Shown one piece after another: positions 28,001-64,000 of a stretch of DNA of 64,000 nt. Source of the DNA: Podarcis gaigeae (Eukaryota); assembly GCA_964106915.2 (NCBI GenBank), contig OZ066919.1; one strand, given 5' to 3'. The translations under genes and the position numbers were made by a program. The first letter of the stretch is position 1. Every line of letters begins with the position of its first letter. The notes beneath the pieces are model-generated. The model had not been told where the DNA came from, made no database searches, and saw nothing but the letters and a program-made list of their open reading frames with translations.

Positions 28001-30778
28001 CATTGTAGACAGCGAATGCAAGTCACGAGATGTGCTTCAGAGTTACTTTGATCTTCTGGGAGAACTGATGAAATTCAACATAGATGCTTTCAAGAGGTTT
28101 AATAAATACATCAATACGGATGAAAAGGTAAACCTAAACCCCCAGAGTCCCAAATGAATCCTCAGCCTTATAATATATTGGATGCTGGCAAAGCCTAATC
28201 ACTCTACTTTTTTAGTTTCAGATATTTTTGAATCAGATCAACAGCTCACTGGTTGATTCCAACATGCTGGTTCGTTGTATTACTTTGTCTCTAGATCGAT
28301 TTGAGAGCCAGTCAGATATTAAAGGTAACTTTGTGGTCTGTTCTGAGACCAAGGTTTTTTTAAAAAAATATGGTCAACTGTGTCTATAACCATCAGGGAT
28401 GTGGTGGCTTCTGAAAATCCTTTTGGAATTATTGGGTGCAATGATTGGTTCCTGGTCCATGGCAAGCAGGTACATACAGGGTCTGGCTTTTCCCCCATGC
28501 TGATTAGCAGTGGCATATTTCCTGCACAGCCAGCAACTTCAGAAAGATTTTCAGCAGCCACTAAGGCTTAGATGAATTGATGATAACAAACAGATAAAAC
28601 TCCTAGTATCTGTTCACAATAGATAAGCACCCATTGTTGCTACTGCTTCTGTTTTTGTCTGAGTTTCTTTGAAGTTAAAAAAGTGGTAATTTTAATGGGC
28701 ACTTCATGTGGTTGCTTTTCTCAATTAACGAACAATGGATAGAAACAAATATTGGCAAAGCTGTGAGTCCTTTCAAAAATGATTTTGGCTCAGCTCTTTC
28801 AACCTAACAAATGGCTTGTCTCCTACAGTGGCAGAAGTCCTGTCTGAGTGCCGCCTGTTATCCTACATGTCACAGATGTCCATGAGGATGTCCTTCCTTT
28901 TCCGGCTTATTAATATTATTCATGTACAGACGCTCACACAGGTAAAAAGCTGGCACTGGCACTGATCTCCCATGGAGCATGTGTAAATAGATTTTGTATC
29001 CAATGTGATGTTTTCCTTTAAGTTCCTAACCTGTTGGACTCTAGTGTTCCATAAATGGACTCTGGGAATATCTGTTAGTTTGAGCCTTTTATATTTTTTA
29101 TCCTTATTTTCTTTACTATAGGAAAATGTAAGTTGTCTGAACACAAGTCTAGTTATCTTAATGCTGGCCCGAAGGAAGGACAAACTTCCCTTCTATCTTC
29201 AGACACTGCAAGAGATGGAATACACCAAGAAATACCCTGGATTTATCCTGAATAATTTTCACAGTCTTCTGCGTTTCTGGCAACAGCATTACCTCAATAA
29301 GGACAAGGACAGCACCTGCTTAGAAAATGTATGTCTGTTCCAGTTGCTTTGGAATATGCTCTTTATATTTTGTAATTGTGGTCCAGTGGGGAAAGAGTAA
29401 AAGAGATAGATGATGTAATGACAGTGCTAAGGCAGTGTAATACAACAGCAACATGAGTGTCAGGGTGTATTTTAAGAATATGCGAGAATTGAACACTCTT
29501 AGGTGGCTGTGTTGGGCTCTCAACAAAACTAAAGCATTTTTTGGTTATTGTAAGTGTCGCAGTTTCTTGGTAAGCCAGAATAGACTGTGCGCTGCCACAG
29601 AAACATTCTGCTTCCTCAGATGCAGGCTACATCTGCATTGAAAAAGTGAGAACTCATGTTTTGTGGATCTAAACTGGACTGAATTTCTTAGCTATAGTAA
29701 AACAGTGCTTTCTATGTACCTATGCATTTGGTCCATGTTAAATTGAAGCAATAGCCCAGCATTGTCTGTTACTTTATATAGTAACTAACACACACATACA
29801 CCCCCACACACCATGATTAGCATGGAAATGCTTATGCTGTGTTCTTGGCCAGTTGTGGCATAACATTTTTCCACTGGAAGGCAGTTTTTATAACTTTTTA
29901 TAGTAAAATACATATGGAAAACATTATAATTTTGGTCTCCCTGGAGACATCTGGCCGATTACTGGATGGGGGGTGTCCTGGTTCAGGCCAGAAAGATTGT
30001 TGTGCTACTGGGCTAAATTTAAAGTTTCACTTGTTGGCATATAAAGCCCTAAACAGCTAGGAACCAGGCTGTCTGAAAGATCGCCTTTGCTGCCTGTCCA
30101 CTGTAGTTATCTGTGGTGCCATGTGTGCTGGAGGTTTGTTTCATGGTAACTCAGAAGTCCTTCAGCACAGGGGCACCTGTCTTGTGGAATACAACATCTG
30201 TCAAAATTAGGCAGGCTCCAACAATTGGTTATATGCTAAAAAAACTACTTCAGTGGGTTTTCCCAGATTTGATTCACGGGCAGTATCAGATTTTTTTTGT
30301 GGGGGGCATTATATTTATTATACATTGCAGTGATATTTGTTCATATTCATCAGCTTATTTATGAAATTTATAAAAAATTATAAAATGGTCATACTGATTA
30401 CAGAATTTCTGCATTCTAAGAAAATTTCCTTTCCTTTCAAAAGAACATGCTCCTGAAAGAAGACTGGGCTAAGTTGCTCTGAATTCAATTTGAATTCCTA
30501 GTTTCCCTGTGTTTGATAATGGGTGGGGCCAACATGAAGTTTCTGTTCTTGGTAGCAAGTTAGTTGCTAGATACAGCTGCATTTTAGTGGTACTTGCTGT
30601 TGTGCTGTAGCATAAACTTTTTTTTCTACCTTCTTTACAGAGTTCATGTATTAGTTTTTCCTACTGGAAAGAGACTGTATCTATACTGCTTAGCCCAGAC
30701 CGGACATCACCTTGTGCCATAGTTAGCTACATTGACGAGGCATACATGGACATGGACAGAGATTTTGCCGAGGAGTAA
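3583..30778 (+). CDS. TRPC4AP: TRPC4AP (TRUSS; TRPC4-associated protein, CRL4 substrate receptor), full gene span, 19 coding exons, 788 aa
   Basis: 19 GT-AG exons sum to 2367 nt in frame; peptides match remembered vertebrate TRPC4AP; synteny between EDEM2 and MYH7B. Confidence 0.95.
5020..5157. mobile_element. hAT-superfamily MITE (138 bp)
   Basis: TIRs CAGTGGCGTAG...CTACGCCACTG; perfect 8-bp TSD ACTGAAAT at 5012-5019 and 5158-5165. Confidence 0.9.
5183..5763. mobile_element. Tc1/mariner (Tigger-like) MITE, highly palindromic
   Basis: TA|CAGTGGTGCCTCGCAAGACG ... CGTCTTGCGGGGCACCACTG|TA; TA TSD; internal inverted repeats (e.g. 5398-5465). Confidence 0.88.
8279..8468 (-). pseudogene. hAT transposase C-terminal fragment (dimerization region; Charlie/GTF2IRD2/EPM2AIP1-like)
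   Basis: [41 protein letters not shown]...QEQKSH* matches the STY-CE-FS...RSRL hAT motif; 5' truncated by a CR1 fragment. Confidence 0.85.
8469..8589 (-). mobile_element. CR1 LINE internal 3' fragment inside the hAT element
   Basis: Nearly identical to the CR1 copies at 25.9 kb and 54.5 kb; lacks the (ATTCTATG)n tail. Confidence 0.85.
9279..10577. repeat. C/T-rich minisatellite (~13-bp CCTCGCCTCCTCC unit and variants), ~1.3 kb
   Basis: Tandem degenerate units with almost no A on + strand; produces spurious stop-free ORFs in 5 frames. Confidence 0.95.
12664..12792 (+). CDS. TRPC4AP: TRPC4AP exon 2
   Basis: [19 protein letters not shown]...QCQGILK; AG/GT. Confidence 0.92.
13432..13548 (+). 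CDS. TRPC4AP: TRPC4AP exon 3
   Basis: [19 protein letters not shown]...FDLFGGVD; AG/GT. Confidence 0.95.
16320..16377 (+). CDS. TRPC4AP: TRPC4AP exon 4
   Basis: [19 protein letters not shown]; AG/GT. Confidence 0.92.
16693..17057 (-). mobile_element. Sauria SINE, full length
   Basis: Minus strand starts GGGACGCAGGTGGCGCTGTGGG (tRNA-like head) and ends in an (ACCTTT)n tail; 13-bp TSD AACATCTGGATAG at 16680-16692 and 17058-17070; B box mutated (GGTTGGAATCC). Confidence 0.9.
17997..18052 (+). CDS. TRPC4AP: TRPC4AP exon 5
   Basis: (I)[18 protein letters not shown]; AG/GT. Confidence 0.92.
18863..18991 (+). CDS. TRPC4AP: TRPC4AP exon 6
   Basis: [15 protein letters not shown]...[10 protein letters not shown]; AG/GT. 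Confidence 0.93.
19400..19767 (+). mobile_element. Older, diverged CR1 LINE 3' fragment
   Basis: Degenerate similarity to the CR1 3' end (gtgtccagag..., aggttaaggggagacatg..., cagtggaatggactg..., attctgtgattc tail). Confidence 0.65.
21653..21854 (+). CDS. TRPC4AP: TRPC4AP exon 7
   Basis: [30 protein letters not shown]...AEINQ; AG/GT. Confidence 0.95.
22012..22200 (+). CDS. TRPC4AP: TRPC4AP exon 8
   Basis: (A)[19 protein letters not shown]...[19 protein letters not shown]; AG/GT. Confidence 0.95.
22502..22644 (+). CDS. TRPC4AP: TRPC4AP exon 9
   Basis: (E)SSDESGF...[28 protein letters not shown]; poly-T tract then AG; GT donor. Confidence 0.92.
23377..23508 (+). CDS. TRPC4AP: TRPC4AP exon 10
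   Basis: [26 protein letters not shown]...NCDCSP; AG/GT. Confidence 0.95.
23790..23848 (+). CDS. TRPC4AP: TRPC4AP exon 11
   Basis: [19 protein letters not shown](E); AG/GT. Confidence 0.93.
24734..24835 (+). CDS. TRPC4AP: TRPC4AP exon 12
   Basis: [33 protein letters not shown](R); AG/GT. Confidence 0.93.
25551..26030 (+). mobile_element. Young CR1 LINE 3' fragment (end of ORF2 + 3' UTR)
   Basis: [49 protein letters not shown] (CR1 ORF2 C-terminus); ends ctatgattcta. Confidence 0.93.
27043..27126 (+). CDS. TRPC4AP: TRPC4AP exon 13
   Basis: [27 protein letters not shown](R); AG/GT. Confidence 0.93.
27559..27649 (+). CDS. TRPC4AP: TRPC4AP exon 14
   Basis: [30 protein letters not shown]; AG/GT. 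Confidence 0.93.
27987..28127 (+). CDS. TRPC4AP: TRPC4AP exon 15
   Basis: [31 protein letters not shown]...NTDEK; AG/GT. Confidence 0.93.
28216..28324 (+). CDS. TRPC4AP: TRPC4AP exon 16
   Basis: [36 protein letters not shown]; AG/GT. Confidence 0.93.
28829..28941 (+). CDS. TRPC4AP: TRPC4AP exon 17
   Basis: (V)[15 protein letters not shown]...[14 protein letters not shown]; AG/GT. Confidence 0.93.
29122..29328 (+). CDS. TRPC4AP: TRPC4AP exon 18
   Basis: [19 protein letters not shown]...[18 protein letters not shown]; AG/GT. Confidence 0.95.
30641..30778 (+). CDS. TRPC4AP: TRPC4AP exon 19 (last coding)
   Basis: [21 protein letters not shown]...[10 protein letters not shown] (TAA 30776-30778); AATAAA at 31577-31582 downstream. 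Confidence 0.93.
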   Translation, partial: SSCISFSYWKETVSILLSPDRTSPCAIVSYIDEAYMDMDRDFAEE

Positions 30779-32418
30779 TTCTTCAGGCTCTGGCTTCCAG
30801 TGGACTGTGCTTCAGAGGGAATCTTGCAGACAATGGATTTTCAGGGATATGCTATGTGCACAAACTTGGAACTATGGAATGTTACCATGTTAAAGTTTTC
30901 TCTCTCCATCCCCTGCTCTCAGCACTGTTTTGAAGAGCAAGACATCACCAACTTCCTAGTCAACATATTCAGGGAATGCTTGTGTTCTGTCCGAAATTGT
31001 CTGCAAAAAGCCCAGTCTTTTCTGCTCACTGTGGCTAGAATCCTTTGAGTTTGATAGATGGGATCTTTCAGATGTGCAGTTGTTAGCTGTGGCTTTTTAT
31101 CCTGGCTACCAGAATTAGATGTTAAAAGTGCAGGCAATTTTTTGGGCCATCCAAACAAGCCGATTTTTATGGGCACGCCAGATGCACACCAGCCACATTT
31201 AAGCCACTTTTAAAAGTTTCTATTTTTATTGCTTTTTCCTTTGCATTGGGATATAGAACTGATTGTGTGTGTATTTTGTTTTTAAACTCTTGGAGATAAT
31301 AGCTCTCTTCACTTCTTTGCAAACTACTTTGGGATTGTCTCCTACAAAACTTGTGTCCAAACCCCTTATTTTATCTTGTTGTGGTATTGCATCCAGAAGT
31401 ATCTCTCTCCGTTCTGTGGAAATCTCTTGTCTTCAGCTGATTTTACAGTGTGGTCTAGAACAGGCATACATTGTGGTGATGGGGTTAGTCTTGGGAGCCT
31501 AGCTTTGACTAGGCACTAATGAATTGAAATTAACTGATTTCCCCCACTCTAAATATTGCAGCCTGACCATTTTGTCAATAAATAACCAACTCAAGTTGAA
31601 AATTTATTCTGCAGTCCTGCTTTGGCTGACCATAAAATCCACTCTTGAACTTTTGCTATTTGGAAACCTAACACTCTAGGCTAAAATAGCAAAATTAACA
31701 CCTTTTATTCCAAGTGCGTATATATATATATTTATTTATTGTTCCTGAAGTGTAATAGTTACTGGAATTGGCTGATCTTCTCCTAATGATACATGTATTA
31801 AATGCTGCCCAGTGATTTTGGTTTGGGGACAAATTGCTCAACAATATCTGAGTTTGCTCTTGTAACTGCTGGCATTTAAACAAGTCACTTGGAATATAAG
31901 CTAATATTTGAAGTCAGAAACTTTCTGAACATTCTTTTCATTACTGTGCTAAAGCACTTTAAGAAGCTTTAGCAGCTCTTTATCTCCCTCAGTTTAAAAT
32001 TACTTTGATTGTCCCTTAATGTGTAAATGTATACTTCTGGGACATACTCATATAGCACAATATACCCCTGAAAAGTCTTGTGTTAGAATGCTATGGCTAT
32101 GTGGTATTTTCCTCTATGAAGGAAAACCTTAAATATCAGAACCAGTCTTGGTTCAGAAAGGTAATTTCCAGACATGGAACTTAACAGTAGCTGGGAAAGC
32201 GGAGTGCTTGACTATTCTCATCATCTTTACCCTGCACTTTTTGCTGCACCTTATTTTCAGATAACGCCATGGAAAGAACAGCTGGACTGCAGCAGGTTTG
32301 TTTACAGATACTATTTTAATATATATTTGCCTCATAAAAAAAACAAAGGCACTTGCTTCCAGAATAAAAAGTATAGTACTGTTCTATTTCACAGTACTAG
32401 TTGCTCTTTGGTTTAAAT

Positions 32419-32555
32419 CAGGCGTCCTCAAACTCGGCCCTCCAGAATTTTTTTGCCTACAACTCCCATGATCCCTGGCTAGCAGGACCCAGTGGTCAGG
32501 GATGATGGGAATTGTAGTCTCAAAACATCTGGAGGGCCAAGGTTGAGGAAACCTA
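32419..32555. mobile_element. Short palindromic hAT-type MITE (ACTACAAnTCCCA family)
   Basis: Inverted arms ggccctccaga...ctacaactccca / tgggaattgtagt...tctggagggcc; near-TSD GTTTAAAT / ATTTAAAT. Confidence 0.75.
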
Positions 32556-33220
32556 ATTTAAATAATCTAATTGGTTGGGTATCTATTGAAGGAACAGCGC
32601 AGCACTTTAAGACTGACCCAATCTGTGTTCTCCTTTGTGGTATGTTAGAAATTAAAATGGAAATATGGGAGCAAATTATGTATCTGCTGTGCAGGAGCAA
32701 CCAGCCCACATCCTTTTTGATTTTCTTTTTTTTAAGGATATGTTAAAATTTTCATCCCAAGGCACTATTAAACTGGCTTTACCTGACTCCACATGCCTTT
32801 GACAGTTATCAAATGAGTCCAAGTGTTGAGGTAACTTTTTATAGCAGACATTTGCTTCTTGGTTTTAACCTGTTCCTTCTTGGGCTCATCCTTTTTCCCC
32901 TTCCCCAAATTCTAGGTTATATTTATGCGCTGATTCTATAAATGTAGTAACCCTACACTTCAAATTAAACGCTATGTATTAAAAGGCTCAAATGAGACTG
33001 GATGCCTTCTGAGTCGTTTTAATTATTGCATCCAGTCTGCAAAGAACTTACTAATTTTCATCCAGTAAATATGACATATTTCCTTGTAATTGAATGGTCA
33101 GGCTGCTTTGTTTCTTTTATGCATTTGACTCAGGTGAGACTGATCCTTAGCTACTCCTGGGAGTGGCTTGGTATCGCCCACCATGTTCCTCTATTTGTTT
33201 CCGGTTTATTGGTCTAGGCC

Positions 33221-33353
33221 CAGGGGTAAGGAACTTGCAGCCCCTCAGATGTTGCTGCACTACAGCTTCAATCAGCCTTGGCCATAGTGGTTAGACCTGA
33301 TGGGAGTTGGAGTCCACCAACAATTAGAAGGCCACCTGTGTTCCCTATCCCTG
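33221..33353. mobile_element. Diverged copy of the same palindromic MITE family
   Basis: caggggtaaggaac...cagatgttgctgcactacagc...gatgggagttggagtcc...ttccctatccctg. Confidence 0.65.
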
Positions 33354-34709
33354 TTACAAGGTGATTGCAAGGAGTTGAGCTGGGGTTTTTGACTCAGGCT
33401 GCACCATTTGCCTTTTAGTTCTTACAGGGAGCTTGTATGCCTGAGAGATCTCCCGCCACAGCTTTTCTCATAGAATCTTCTTTGCAAATGTTTAGAGACT
33501 GCAATGGTAGGCTTGGATTTAAATGCAAACTGCTTCAAGGAGTGATACCGATGAGTGACACTTAAATGTGGCTGAAAAACAAAAAAGGTCACTGTTGGCT
33601 GTGTTGGCTTTGGTTTGGATTTTTAATCACTAAAGGAATGGAACTGCTGTGTGGCAAGAGGGTGGGCCTCACCAGGCCAACAAATGTTCCTGGAAATTTA
33701 AAGTATCTCAAGTGGATTAATGTTCATGCTGCCCAGATTAATGCTGATTTACTAACAGCACATAAATGTATTAAATGGAAACTATTAAAATAATTTTATT
33801 TTAAAAAAAATATGCTAGTGAAGGTCTTTACTTTTTCTGCAACAATTCTCATAGTCACGGAGCTCTTCCTATAAATAGCATGGATTGGGTATAACAAGTG
33901 GACTTCACAGTTGTAATGCTCAGGTGGAGGTTTGTGAGTTGATGGGTTAACAATAGACACACTGAAATTATCAACAGGTCTATTCTTTGTATGGCTGGAA
34001 GTGATTACCACCCTTTTTTAGCAAGTCTTAAGGACCCTTATGGTTGGTGCCAATTCTACTTTAGTGTAGGATCTGTTGGCATACTTGTGTGATTGTGCAT
34101 AATTCTGCATGCTTTGGGAACAAGTACCATTAATGTGGAAGCTTGCAATCTGAATATGCTTTGAGAAGGGATAGTTAAGGGGAACTTGCCTGCCTCCTAA
34201 CCACCTTCAGTAGGGATATGTCTGCTGTAGAACGTAGCACGGTATCTTTGCAGCCCTGGGTCAACTGTATTATTACTGTTGCATAACTATCATTAGATGC
34301 CGTATGTCTAAGAATTAAAAACATTGGCTTCACAATGAAGGCTGCTCTTTGTCAGGTAAAACAATACATTTCCCCTTTGTGTGGGTTCTTGAGTTGTTTT
34401 TCCAAAAGACCTTAGAGTGTCCAAAAAACTTTGATCTATACATACTCCATGATTGAAGTTATCACATCTGACCATGTTTCCTTACCTGCTGTACTTGAGA
34501 AAACACCTCTATCACCACTGGAAGTCAATTCTCTACCGGGCCATCCTCCACTAAGTAGATGGGGAAAGTTGCCTACTGATGGAATTCTTAGAAAAGGACT
34601 TTGAAAGTTCTTCCTGCCATATTTCCATTTTAAATAGAGGAATTGTCATAATGAGAACAATAGTCCACCCAATTATAAATAGGTCACAGCCTTCTCATGA
34701 ATGCTAGGT

Positions 34710-34715
34710 TTTATT
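34710..34715 (-). promoter_or_regulatory. MYH7B polyadenylation signal
   Basis: AATAAA on the - strand ~90 nt after the MYH7B stop codon. Confidence 0.65.
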
Positions 34716-34803
34716 CACTACAGAGACAGTGATGGCTGTTGCAGCCATTTACATCTACACAATGACATACACGGTGAGAGAAGGGATGTTGCACTGCAGC
34801 TTC

Positions 34804-63052
<28,249 letters not shown>

Positions 63053-64000
63053 CTGGGGGGAAACAGACAGAAGACGCGTTCTTTGTTTCATAGCATATTG
63101 TGGGTACATGCCCAATTTGAACTATGAATCAAGTGGCTATGAATCAAGGATCAGCTTGGAAGTTTCAGCCTCAGAGGCCACATAGTCTCCATTACGCGGC
63201 TACCAGAAAGGCATGTGCCTTGTATAGTTGCATCTCCCGCCAGCTATCTTAGGAACACCCTTGGGCCGCTGACTGATTTAGAAGTGGTCAGCCTTGGCCT
63301 TGTGAGCACCAGATAAGATTACTGCTCAGTAGAGCTCTCCAGACCTGCCTAATAAGGTATTGTTTGTCACCAAGCAGCAAGAGCAGTAGGCCATAGCCCA
63401 GATTCTTTACTGCCATGACAGGACACTATGCTAAAAATCCCTGTCCGGTCGGAAAAGGGTTTCGCCTACATTTCCTATTTCACAGCATCGGGTTCCATAC
63501 TGGAAAGATGCCTTGAGTGCAGATCATAGCATGACTGGGAGGGATCATTATTGGACAAGCTTGCCATCCTCTCAGAGAGAGGTCCTACATGAATATGTCT
63601 GAAGGACCTCCCTGCTCGCAGTGCTCTTATTTGTGTGAGGTTTGTAGGAGCAAACAGGGAGAGAAAGATTGAAAGGGAGCAAGTGCAAAACTTCTCTGTG
63701 ATCCAGTTCTGGTCAAGCATAGTTACCCGTTCCATTAATATGTGGATAAAGATGCCCATCAAAATGGGCATCCTGTTGACAGTAATGACATGCCAATGAA
63801 TGGCATTTACATAAATGACAACTGTATTCAGATACGCATCTGAATAATCCCCTGTAGGTTCTGATCCAGAGGGTGATACATCTGTGTGAGCCTGCTCACA
63901 CACACACATTTATGTTTCTATGATCTATCTCTTGATCTGGCTCAGAGGTACAGCTTCTGAATCAATTATGTGAAACACCCAACTGATATGCAATGAAACT

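Noticed and set aside
63475-63909. 144-aa minus-strand ORF
   Set aside because: Intronic in MYH7B, no myosin or other recognisable similarity, non-ATG start next to a CA repeat

Overview
Vertebrate genomic DNA from a squamate reptile, probably a lacertid lizard (inferred from Sauria SINEs and young CR1 LINEs). It carries the conserved EDEM2 - TRPC4AP - MYH7B/miR-499 syntenic block. On the + strand are the last two coding exons of EDEM2 (402-523, 833-1333), a CpG-island promoter (~3190-4000) and a complete 19-exon TRPC4AP CDS (3583-30778; 2367 nt, 788 aa by my exon count). On the - strand are the 3' 32 coding exons of the sarcomeric myosin MYH7B (63052 down to the stop at 34804; frame intact, 5' part outside the window) and the intronic myomiR miR-499 hairpin (~57131-57212). 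Introns hold hAT and Tc1/mariner MITEs with visible TIRs/TSDs, a 2.6-kb composite hAT element containing a 1.3-kb C-rich minisatellite, CR1 3' fragments and two Sauria SINEs. The most notable observation is a Sauria SINE with an intact Pol III B box ~160 bp upstream of pre-miR-499 in the same orientation, with no T4 terminator until past the hairpin; this is a hypothesis for host-independent miR-499 expression. Other leads are an 11-nt miR-499-5p site downstream of the convergent TRPC4AP gene and a stop-free 93-nt in-frame MYH7B intron. All exon boundaries were read by eye from GT/AG sites and remembered protein similarity; no searches were run.
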